Positions 26,636-34,007 of a stretch of 64,000 nt of DNA are shown piece by piece; the stretch's first letter is position 1, and every line of letters begins with the position of its first letter. Source of the stretch: an uncultured virus (IMG/VR IMGVR_UViG_3300025769_000088) (Duplodnaviria; Heunggongvirae; Uroviricota; Caudoviricetes); the IMG/VR virus record IMGVR_UViG_3300025769_000088. The stretch is one strand, 5' to 3'. A program made the translations under genes and the position numbers. The notes beneath the pieces are model-generated. The model was not told where the DNA came from. It searched no databases and worked only from the letters and a program-made list of their open reading frames with translations.

Positions 26636-26695
26636 AAAAGAAAAACCAGCCTGCGTCACCTCGGAGTCACTACAAACCTGATTCCGCAGGCTGGT
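26636..26695 (-). terminator. Terminator-like hairpin with a 29-nt loop, upstream of csrA
   Basis: 11-bp perfect stem ACCAGCCTGCG/CGCAGGCTGGT followed by TTTTCTTTT. Confidence 0.65.
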
Positions 26696-26811
26696 CGTCT
26701 CGGATTCCAAGAAACGATTTCAAAAACCACCCGAAGGCATTCTGCAATAACAGAAGAATCGGACTGGTGTCTGAGCACGAACTCAGAATTTCTCACCCGA
26801 CAAGGTGAGAG

Positions 26812-26880
26812 TGGAGCGACAGGATTCGAACCTGAATTTCCCCGCGAGGCGGGGCGACTTATCCGTTAGTCGATGGCTCC
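26812..26880 (-). tRNA. Degenerate tRNA-like element (CTC at the arm apex, collapsed anticodon loop)
   Basis: GGAGC/GCTCC acceptor, D-arm GACT-AACGGATA-AGTC, CCCCGC-CTC-GCGGGG, CAGG-TTCGAAT-CCTG. Confidence 0.65.
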
Positions 26881-26889
26881 TGACGCCTG

Positions 26890-27174
26890 CTATCTGCATC
26901 CTCGAAGCCTGCGTCCGAGGTTGTATCCCCACTGGTAGCTGGGAGAGTACCTGTTGACGTACCCGTAATTGGAGTACTGCGGAGCGTACCGATTGATTCC
27001 GAGAGCGTAGTCGGTTCGGTTGTATGCTTGGGAGTAGTCGCGGGAGTAGACGGCCTGCGGATACTGGTACGCAGGCTGAACGTAAACATAACGACCGTGC
27101 TGCCACACGACGTCTGCATTGCAGACGGCAGGCATCAGGGCCACAGCAGCAATCAACATCAACAGAGTTCTCAT
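26890..27174 (-). CDS. Small secreted Tyr-rich protein
   Basis: AGGAG RBS; signal peptide MRTLLMLIAAVALMPAVCNA; Y/Q/R-rich mature part. Confidence 0.75.
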   Translation of the reverse strand: MRTLLMLIAAVALMPAVCNADVVWQHGRYVYVQPAYQYPQAVYSRDYSQAYNRTDYALGINRYAPQYSNYGYVNRYSPSYQWGYNLGRRLRGCR

Positions 27175-27221
27175 CAGTCTTCTCCTGGTCAAAGTGAAGT
27201 GAAATAAGCAGCTTTGCAAAG

Positions 27222-27250
27222 AGCATAGGGCCATGGGAGTTGTGTGTCAA
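27222..27250 (-). promoter_or_regulatory. Sigma70-type promoter TTGACA-N17-TATGCT, spacer ends ATGGCCC
   Basis: Direct reading. Confidence 0.8.
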
Positions 27251-27482
27251 GTTCCGATTGAGAATTTTCTTGTTAGATAATTACGTCGGAATTATCCATC
27301 GCAGAGAATCAGTAGTTATGTTGCAAAGTGCCGGTTACCAGCGTCCGGCGATGATGTTTAGCCTCATCGGTTTACAGCAGCCCTGATGTGCTCAGTGCCA
27401 CTCACACGGCGCGTCACGCTTCCGACTCAGATTTAGTCGGAATGGGCCACTGATTTTGGGCGTTCTGTCAGTAATAGGGTCG

Positions 27483-28016
27483 TTATGCCGTCTTCGGCAC
27501 TTTCATGAACGTCACCCATATTGTCTTGCCTGTCTTCCCTGTGAAGTCACCGAATAGTGGCTCAACTGGAAATTCCCGCAGCAATTCCTTTGCTTTTATG
27601 TTGGCTTCGTTCCACTTGAAAACCAGCACTCCGAAGTCATCAAGCACACGCCAGCACTCTGAGAAACCGGCGACAATATCCGCCTTCCATGTTTCCTTGT
27701 TGAGTAATCCATACTTCATGTTAATCACACTCTTCTCGCTGCCAGAAGTTAAATGCGGCGGGTCAAATACAACCATTTTGAAGGTCTTGTCTTCGTAAGG
27801 CATGTTTCTAAAATCATGGATTCCATCAGGCTTTACACACCATCCAGGATTCCAGTTATTTTTGAATGCCCCTTTTTCAACCTCCCTTCTATCTGCAAAA
27901 AAGGCGTTTTCGTTTTCTTTGTTCCACCAAAACATTCTCCCGCCACAACAGGCATCGAGAATGGGCGGCATAACAAGTCGGTCAACCGGAGTTGCCGTCG
28001 TCGCGTTTTCTGTCAT
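27483..28016 (-). CDS. SAM-dependent methyltransferase, probable DNA amino-MTase
   Basis: ILDACCGGRMFW (motif I), DFRNMP, VVFDPPH (motif IV-like), LVFKW.E. Confidence 0.85.
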   Translation of the reverse strand: MTENATTATPVDRLVMPPILDACCGGRMFWWNKENENAFFADRREVEKGAFKNNWNPGWCVKPDGIHDFRNMPYEDKTFKMVVFDPPHLTSGSEKSVINMKYGLLNKETWKADIVAGFSECWRVLDDFGVLVFKWNEANIKAKELLREFPVEPLFGDFTGKTGKTIWVTFMKVPKTA

Positions 28017-28068
28017 CAAAAGTCCCTCCCGGTTACCCGGTTACCCGGTTACCCGGTTACCTTAATCG
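27483..28068 (+). mobile_element. Integron-type gene cassette (G/TTATGC ... GCATAAC-attC-G/TT)
   Basis: Cassette start TTATGC is the exact complement of its own R'' GCATAA; lower GC than flanks. Confidence 0.75.
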
Positions 28069-28074
28069 TTATCT
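27968..28074 (+). other. attC recombination site
   Basis: R'' GCATAAC, 5-bp spacer, L'' GGT[C]AAC-CGG[A], L' CCG-GTTACC, 6-bp spacer, R' GTTATCT; the extrahelical bases read G and T on the bottom strand. Confidence 0.75.
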
Positions 28075-28237
28075 GGATTGTCCTGCGATTATATCTTTGT
28101 CTGCTTTTCGGCACCATTCACTCCAAGTTGTTATCCAACACCTCTTGTTTGTGACATTTTCCGTCTGGTAGCGGACATCCTTGCCAATTCGCTCAATAAC
28201 AGTTCTCGTTCTAGTGCCCTTGATTATTGCCGGGGCG

Positions 28238-30253
28238 TTATTTTATCTCACCCCAATTCGGCCCGATTTCTACGTCAACCACACTCGGCACACGCAGCGG
28301 AGCACACTCTCGCATGATCTCTGCCAACTCGTCTGCCTCTTTCCGTTCGTAGATTGTCAGGTCCAGCTCATCGTGAACCTGAATGCCGACCTTGATTCCA
28401 TTCTCGTAGGCTTCCACCAGAGCCATCTTCGTCTGATCGGCTGCCGAGCCTTGAATCAATTTGTTGAGTGCCTTGTACCCGTCCAGATAGTTGCCGGTCC
28501 AAATCTGCGGACCCCCATCAGGGTTGTCTTTCATTTCCTTCGGGAAATGACAGTGACGACCGAGCAGCGTCTTGATGTAGCCCTTCGAAAGACCTTGCTC
28601 TTCAGCGATCTCCGCCAGCTTGTCAACGTACGGCGCACCCTTCTTGAAAGCATCCAGGATCGCCTTCGCTTCCGGACCTGCCGTCTCATATTTCTGACCC
28701 TTACGTTCTCCAAAGTCGTACTCTTTGACGACAGTCGGTAAGCCCAAGGAACGGGCGAACTTTGCGCCGCCCATGCGATAGCATTTGCCGAGGTAAATCA
28801 CCTTCGCAATCTTCCGCTTCAATCCAGTCAGGTCAGCCATCATCTGATGGTTGTCACACTTCGGATCGTCCCGATACTTCTGAGCAGCCGCCCTCGCCCC
28901 TGGGCAACCGCACATCTCAGCATAATGATGCAGAATCCTGGGCTCTTGTTGCGAGTAGTCGAGACAGGCCCATTCACCACCCTCGTCAGGGACGTAGACC
29001 TGTCGCCACATGAGGCTCAGGTGATCCTCTACGTGCATGGTGTCAGGGTCTGTGTCTTTTGGCGAAGGCTGCTGCTGGATGTTGACATGCGACGAGCTGA
29101 GCCGTCCTGTGGCAGCTCCTGTCTGCCCCTTACCCCCGCCCGTCTTCTCGCCTTTCAATTGATGGAAAGTGCAGTGCAATCGATCACCGATCGCATGTTC
29201 TCGAATACCGGCAATGAAGTCTCGCCGGACCTTGTTGACCTTTCGTGCCGTCAGAATCGCATCGGCCACAGGATGCTTGAGTTTTCTCAACACCGACTGG
29301 TCGATGTTGTATTGATCGTTCTTGACGTTGCGTTTCAACTTCGCACCGATTTGCTGCAGAGGCTTCGCCACAGCATTCGGCTGAGCCAAATCATCAGCAG
29401 ACAATCGGATGCCCGTCTGCTGATGCACCAAGGCCAACGCCACCTCTTCCTGGGCAAGAATCCACTCCTCAATTTTCGACATCTTATCGAAGTCGATACG
29501 GACCCCTCGTCGCGTCATGTCAACCAGAGCAGGCAGGCACCGAGACTCCAGTCGGAAAATCTGCCACAGATCATTGTCGTCAATGATTCGTTCCTGTTTC
29601 CGCATGACACGGCACGGCAACTCGGCGTCCCACTCTCCGTAGGGGCCAACATACTGTGGCGGCAGTTTGTGCAGGTCGCCCTTGGCACTCAGCGGCTTGC
29701 GTTTTCCTTTACCTCGTTTGCCGTTGTGGCTTCCGAACTCATAGGTCACTTCACGCAGCAACGTCTCTTCTTTCTGCGGCAGGCCGTGACGCAGAGCCAC
29801 CGCATCCAGACCAAATTTGAACTGGTTCTCATCAATCAACGGCTCGGCAATCTGCGTGTCGAGAAATGTCTTGACCTTCGGAAAGAGTTCTTTGATTTCC
29901 AGTCCAAACTCCTGGCACAGGTAGTCCAGGTCGTACGCCAGATTGGCTCCGACGATGGACCCTTCGAACTTTTTCAGATTGTCTCGGACGTAGTTCAGTA
30001 CAGGATCGAGTGGCAGGTTCTTTCCGTTGCTGTGACGGATCGGCAAGTAGAAAGAACGGAAGTATTCGAAGTGCAGGCAGAAGCCCACGATCTTTCCGCC
30101 ACGTCGCGCACCTGGACCCAACCCCCTGCCCAGGGACGAGTCGTGTGTTTCTACGTCGGTGCCTACACGCGGAAAGTTATTCCAGTCTGGCAGCTCTTCC
30201 ATCGAGGGAAGTTGCCAGTCGGTCTCTGGTGGGAACAATGTGGTCTGCAGCAT
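28238..30253 (-). CDS. polA: Family A DNA polymerase with 3'-5' exonuclease domain
   Basis: DVET, NLAYD, TGRLSS..NIQQQP, DYSQQEPR, K...LG..Y.MG, IQGSAAD.TK, QVHDE. Confidence 0.95.
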   Translation of the reverse strand: MLQTTLFPPETDWQLPSMEELPDWNNFPRVGTDVETHDSSLGRGLGPGARRGGKIVGFCLHFEYFRSFYLPIRHSNGKNLPLDPVLNYVRDNLKKFEGSIVGANLAYDLDYLCQEFGLEIKELFPKVKTFLDTQIAEPLIDENQFKFGLDAVALRHGLPQKEETLLREVTYEFGSHNGKRGKGKRKPLSAKGDLHKLPPQYVGPYGEWDAELPCRVMRKQERIIDDNDLWQIFRLESRCLPALVDMTRRGVRIDFDKMSKIEEWILAQEEVALALVHQQTGIRLSADDLAQPNAVAKPLQQIGAKLKRNVKNDQYNIDQSVLRKLKHPVADAILTARKVNKVRRDFIAGIREHAIGDRLHCTFHQLKGEKTGGGKGQTGAATGRLSSSHVNIQQQPSPKDTDPDTMHVEDHLSLMWRQVYVPDEGGEWACLDYSQQEPRILHHYAEMCGCPGARAAAQKYRDDPKCDNHQMMADLTGLKRKIAKVIYLGKCYRMGGAKFARSLGLPTVVKEYDFGERKGQKYETAGPEAKAILDAFKKGAPYVDKLAEIAEEQGLSKGYIKTLLGRHCHFPKEMKDNPDGGPQIWTGNYLDGYKALNKLIQGSAADQTKMALVEAYENGIKVGIQVHDELDLTIYERKEADELAEIMRECAPLRVPSVVDVEIGPNWGEIK

Positions 30254-30256
30254 GCC

Positions 30257-31210
30257 CTACTCCACAAAATGATTGTTGACCCAGTTGGTGACGTGCCCTC
30301 GCCACCCAACGTCACTGATTCTCTGGGCAGCTTCACAGGCGAGTTGTTTGCGATCGTGCAGGTCGACTTTCTCTTTCTTCAGTGCCTGCGTCACCATCGC
30401 CATGGGAAGCACGGTGTGTCGAAAGAAGTCAGACTTGTATCCCTTGCCCGCCACTCCCACCATGGGCCAGGTTCTGAAGTCGGACATCAGAATCTCTGGG
30501 TCCGACTCGTTTCCCATGACAGGCAGATTCTGAAGTTCTGGTGACGTGTCCCCATCCACAATCTGTCGAAACGCCGGAGAGTCAGACTGCATGGCAGCAG
30601 TCGCTCCACAGACGACGTCCATGCTGCCGATGCGTTTGCCCAGGTAGGCACAGAGCATTTCCTGCCAGACTGAGATCACCGACAGCTCAGAATGAAACGG
30701 AACCTCATGCAGGAGCATCGCATCTATGTTCACCACGACGTTGACGTCTCCGCCGAACATCGAGAACACCACCGAGAGAGCTGACGGACGATGCTGCAAC
30801 GCATGGTCTTTCTCCACGTCGAAGATGGCGACCGGCACGACCTGCATGCCCAGGCGGAGAGTCTCGTGTACGAGGTTGAACTGATCGAACCCTGCGTACT
30901 CTCGGAACCGTGCTCCCATCGCCAAGGAGAAGCAGTTGGACTGATCTCTGAATTCCGCGATCTCGGGAACGTACTGCTGGATGACAGCCGGGTCTTGATC
31001 CTGCTCGGTCATTGCCAGGACGGACAGCCAGAACGGAATCAACGGATTCGTTGCAACGCTCGGCACACGTCGCCACGGCTGAGCGATGCTCAGACAACAC
31101 GCCGGACCTTTGCTGATGTCCGAGTCCATGACGAACTGACAGTTCTCAACGTGATGGTAACAGGCATGCTTCCATGCTTCTTCGATGGACTTTACAGAGT
31201 AGTGCTTCAT
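30257..31210 (-). CDS. Divergent thymidylate-synthase-fold protein, probably catalytically inactive
   Basis: NP..F, G.R.R...GFDQ, D.EKD and QE.....LG..IG layout as in phage ThyA/hydroxymethylase homologues, but PC reads PS and RSxD is absent. Confidence 0.6.
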   Translation of the reverse strand: MKHYSVKSIEEAWKHACYHHVENCQFVMDSDISKGPACCLSIAQPWRRVPSVATNPLIPFWLSVLAMTEQDQDPAVIQQYVPEIAEFRDQSNCFSLAMGARFREYAGFDQFNLVHETLRLGMQVVPVAIFDVEKDHALQHRPSALSVVFSMFGGDVNVVVNIDAMLLHEVPFHSELSVISVWQEMLCAYLGKRIGSMDVVCGATAAMQSDSPAFRQIVDGDTSPELQNLPVMGNESDPEILMSDFRTWPMVGVAGKGYKSDFFRHTVLPMAMVTQALKKEKVDLHDRKQLACEAAQRISDVGWRGHVTNWVNNHFVE

Positions 31211-31392
31211 TCTTCTCTTTCCGAACCCTCTCGGGCACTTCTGGACCTATGTATCTTCGGGAACATCGTCTTCGTCAAGTAGTTCGACTCTTCCATTGCT
31301 TTTTCGGTTTGAACTTTGCAAACGGAACAAAGCCGAAACCCCTTCTGGACAAAATACTTCTCGCATTTCTGACAGTACTTTGGCTCCGCCAT
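31207..31392 (-). CDS. Small Zn-finger-like protein
   Basis: CQKC...CSVC; ATGA overlap. Confidence 0.55.
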   Translation of the reverse strand: MAEPKYCQKCEKYFVQKGFRLCSVCKVQTEKAMEESNYLTKTMFPKIHRSRSAREGSEREE

Positions 31393-31406
31393 AGTCGCAT
31401 CCCCTA

Positions 31407-31616
31407 CTATTCAATGACCTCACAGTCACTGTCTGACACTTCGGCGTATATTTCAGCCCACGCTGTTCGATCGTAGTTCTCTCCAATGTCTCTGCCGCAA
31501 GCAACTTCGTGTCTCTGCGTCACCGCTGACATTGCCAACTCGATCGCCTGCTGCGTATTCAGCGTCTGACCTTTCGGCGGGGTCACTGTGACGGTCACTT
31601 CCATTTTCACGATCAT
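31407..31616 (-). CDS. Small hypothetical protein
   Basis: GGAG RBS. Confidence 0.55.
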   Translation of the reverse strand: MIVKMEVTVTVTPPKGQTLNTQQAIELAMSAVTQRHEVACGRDIGENYDRTAWAEIYAEVSDSDCEVIE

Positions 31617-31619
31617 TTT

Positions 31620-32375
31620 TCAACTCCCATGCTCAGGATCGTTTACCGCATGAACAGCCGCCGCGAACCCTCGCGGTGTCAGGCTCCGAATGATTTTTGT
31701 CTTGAGTGAGCTGCCGCCGAGTTTCAGGAACTGCGTCGAGAATCTTCGCGACTCGTCCTGGGCCTGCCACTTGGGAAATGAGATGCGTTGTCCGTCAGGC
31801 ATCACACGAGCAGGTACGACGTCCGGCATGTGGAATCCGTTGCCACACCAGATGCCGGTACGCTTCGGATAGCAGTCTCGCTTGGCAATAAATTCTGGCC
31901 AGTCAGGGTGGACGGATTCCTTACCCTGCAGCATGCCGCCGTATTCCCATGGATGAAATAACCAGTCAGGCTTTCTCCAATGAGTCGACAGGCAGCCAAG
32001 CGGATTCTCAACCATCCAGGGACAGCCGCACGAGTTGCCGAGCCGTTCAGCAAGTCGGCACAGCTCGACTGCCTTCTTCTGGAAGTCAGGGTCAACGGCA
32101 GATTTCTTTGCGAAGTGCTTGGCACCTGACACAGCGAGGTCGGTGCAGGGTGGAAAGGCCAGAATCAGGTCAGGCTTGAGATTGGCGACTTCAGGAAAAG
32201 TCTCAGGCAGCAGCAAATTCCAGTTGTATCTTTCCAATGCCCAATTGGAAGCAGGCTTGAAAGGTATCGACGCTGCAGTCTGGTACAGCTCATCGATCGC
32301 GATCGTCTCGTGACCTGCTTCGAACCACGGCTTCAAAGCGTACGTTGAGAAATCAAACAGGCTAACAACACGCAT
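31620..32375 (-). CDS. Phage C5-cytosine DNA methyltransferase-like protein
   Basis: VSLFD, AFPPCT, VENP, K.T.IW, RSLTP.GFA. Confidence 0.85.
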   Translation of the reverse strand: MRVVSLFDFSTYALKPWFEAGHETIAIDELYQTAASIPFKPASNWALERYNWNLLLPETFPEVANLKPDLILAFPPCTDLAVSGAKHFAKKSAVDPDFQKKAVELCRLAERLGNSCGCPWMVENPLGCLSTHWRKPDWLFHPWEYGGMLQGKESVHPDWPEFIAKRDCYPKRTGIWCGNGFHMPDVVPARVMPDGQRISFPKWQAQDESRRFSTQFLKLGGSSLKTKIIRSLTPRGFAAAVHAVNDPEHGS

Positions 32376-32431
32376 CAAACTCTCCTGGCGGGATTAGAAT
32401 CAGGAGAGAGTATCCGGCCCTATATCTCGCG

Positions 32432-33223
32432 TCAACCTTTATGCTTCAAAATTGATTTGTGATACGCCTCGCGACAATGGTCGGACCCAAAGTCGCCGGT
32501 TTTGTAACTCACGATTCGCAAAGCCAGTGCGACCCACTTCCCCACATTGTAGATGTAGCCTGCCGTTTGCCGGACGTAGATCGGCACACCGACATGCTTG
32601 AACCGAAACGGCAACGGTGTCCTGGGCACAATGTCGTTGCTATGAAACAGTCGGTACGTCTTTGAGCCCAGGTGGGCCTTGTATTTCTTCGCCGAAGGAT
32701 GGTCGAGAACTCTCGGCGAGCCGAAGGTATAGATGCCAAAGATGTCAATGTTGAGCCACTTACAGTCGATGGCACAAAGTGTCGTCAACGCACCACCTTT
32801 GGAATGCCCGGCAATGGTTACCGGCTTTCCAGACTCTTTGAGAACACCGGTCAACTGATCTCGGATCGAATAGTACTCTTCGACGAATCCTTTGTGTGCC
32901 TCACCGTCGTACCATGATGTTCGAGACATCTTGAAATTCTGCCACCAGTCAAGAGCCATGGCTTTCAAATTCCAGAAAGGCTGCGACATGTCCGGCATCT
33001 CAGTGCCGCGAAAGAACACATGACACTCGTCCGGACCCTCGGCGACAAAAAGCTGCACGTCGCAGCCATAATCGTCATCTTTGCTCGACTCGATGAAATG
33101 AATCTTCCAGCCCGCAGGCTCACAGCATTCTTTGATCGTCTCTTCGTCACGATATGCCAGGATCGATCCTTGAATGGCGGACAGTGCAGCTTTCTTCGTG
33201 AACATCGGTGCGGAAGTAAACAT
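32432..33223 (-). CDS. Lipase class 3 family protein
   Basis: FRGTE, AHKGF, GHSKGG, YTFGSPRV, DIVPRTP, FKHVG, DH. Confidence 0.9.
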   Translation of the reverse strand: MFTSAPMFTKKAALSAIQGSILAYRDEETIKECCEPAGWKIHFIESSKDDDYGCDVQLFVAEGPDECHVFFRGTEMPDMSQPFWNLKAMALDWWQNFKMSRTSWYDGEAHKGFVEEYYSIRDQLTGVLKESGKPVTIAGHSKGGALTTLCAIDCKWLNIDIFGIYTFGSPRVLDHPSAKKYKAHLGSKTYRLFHSNDIVPRTPLPFRFKHVGVPIYVRQTAGYIYNVGKWVALALRIVSYKTGDFGSDHCREAYHKSILKHKG

Positions 33224-33317
33224 GGCAACTCCAATGAAAAAGACGCTGCACACCTTAACGGCATGCAGCGTCTCTCAACATCCCAAGCGAAGGGACTGGC
33301 CTGGCACGGTCGCAGTG

Positions 33318-34007
33318 TTACGCATTAGGAGTTGAATTGGACCTTTCACCCAGAATGTTGGGTGAGTCCGTTGAGCCCAGAGGCTCGTCTGAGGGTAGTA
33401 CGCCTGCGACGTCAACACGGTTCTCGTCGCCGAGGTACATGTCGATGAAGCCGAGGATTTCCTGGTAGCCACCGTAGACACGCATGCTGTCGAACCGTGT
33501 GATGAACTTGGTTCGGTCACGGCTGTTGAGCCGAGTCCAGTTAGTGATGCTGCGGTCGATGGCACCGAGCAGGATGCCGCCGGTCGAGCCTCGGAACTTG
33601 CTGTTGAGCTGACTCATCAGAGGGATGTCAGGATCGGTTCCGTCCAGCTCCCAGATGAGATCGATCAGTCCGCCACTCGCCCCTTGGATGTCATCGCCAC
33701 CGAACGGCTTCTCACCGATCTCCGCAGAGCCTTCAGGGTCAATGGCCTTGGCAATCAGGTCTCCAAGGTCTTCGTTGTCTGGGTTGTGAGTCACATGTCG
33801 ACGGACCTTGTCACAGTCCAGTAGCAGCTGCTTGAGGTGATGTCGTGTCGGGTTATCGGTGCCGCCACGGTCGCTGAACTCGTCATTGACGATCAGCTCA
33901 GCTCGCATGGTCATCAACGGTCGCAGCGCGGCGATGATGTGTAGGTTTCGGAATTCCGTGATCGCTCGACGGAACTGTTCTTTGCCTGGGTTCATAGCGG
34001 TCTCCAA
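33318..34007 (-). CDS. Hypothetical protein (start may be 33995)
   Basis: 229-aa ORF coupled to the protease gene. Confidence 0.75.
   Translation of the reverse strand: METAMNPGKEQFRRAITEFRNLHIIAALRPLMTMRAELIVNDEFSDRGGTDNPTRHHLKQLLLDCDKVRRHVTHNPDNEDLGDLIAKAIDPEGSAEIGEKPFGGDDIQGASGGLIDLIWELDGTDPDIPLMSQLNSKFRGSTGGILLGAIDRSITNWTRLNSRDRTKFITRFDSMRVYGGYQEILGFIDMYLGDENRVDVAGVLPSDEPLGSTDSPNILGERSNSTPNA

Noticed and set aside
28194..28243. Second complete attC (CAATAAC ... GTTATTT)
   Set aside because: The R boxes are complementary, but no L''/L' pairing or internal stem can be drawn
28847..30544. 565-aa plus-strand ORF, and other long plus-strand ORFs
   Set aside because: Antisense shadows of well-supported minus-strand genes in GC-rich DNA; no motifs or RBS
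18414..31210. Complete DNA hypermodification pathway
   Set aside because: The TS-like protein looks inactive and no kinase, transferase or 7-deazaguanine genes are recognisable in the window
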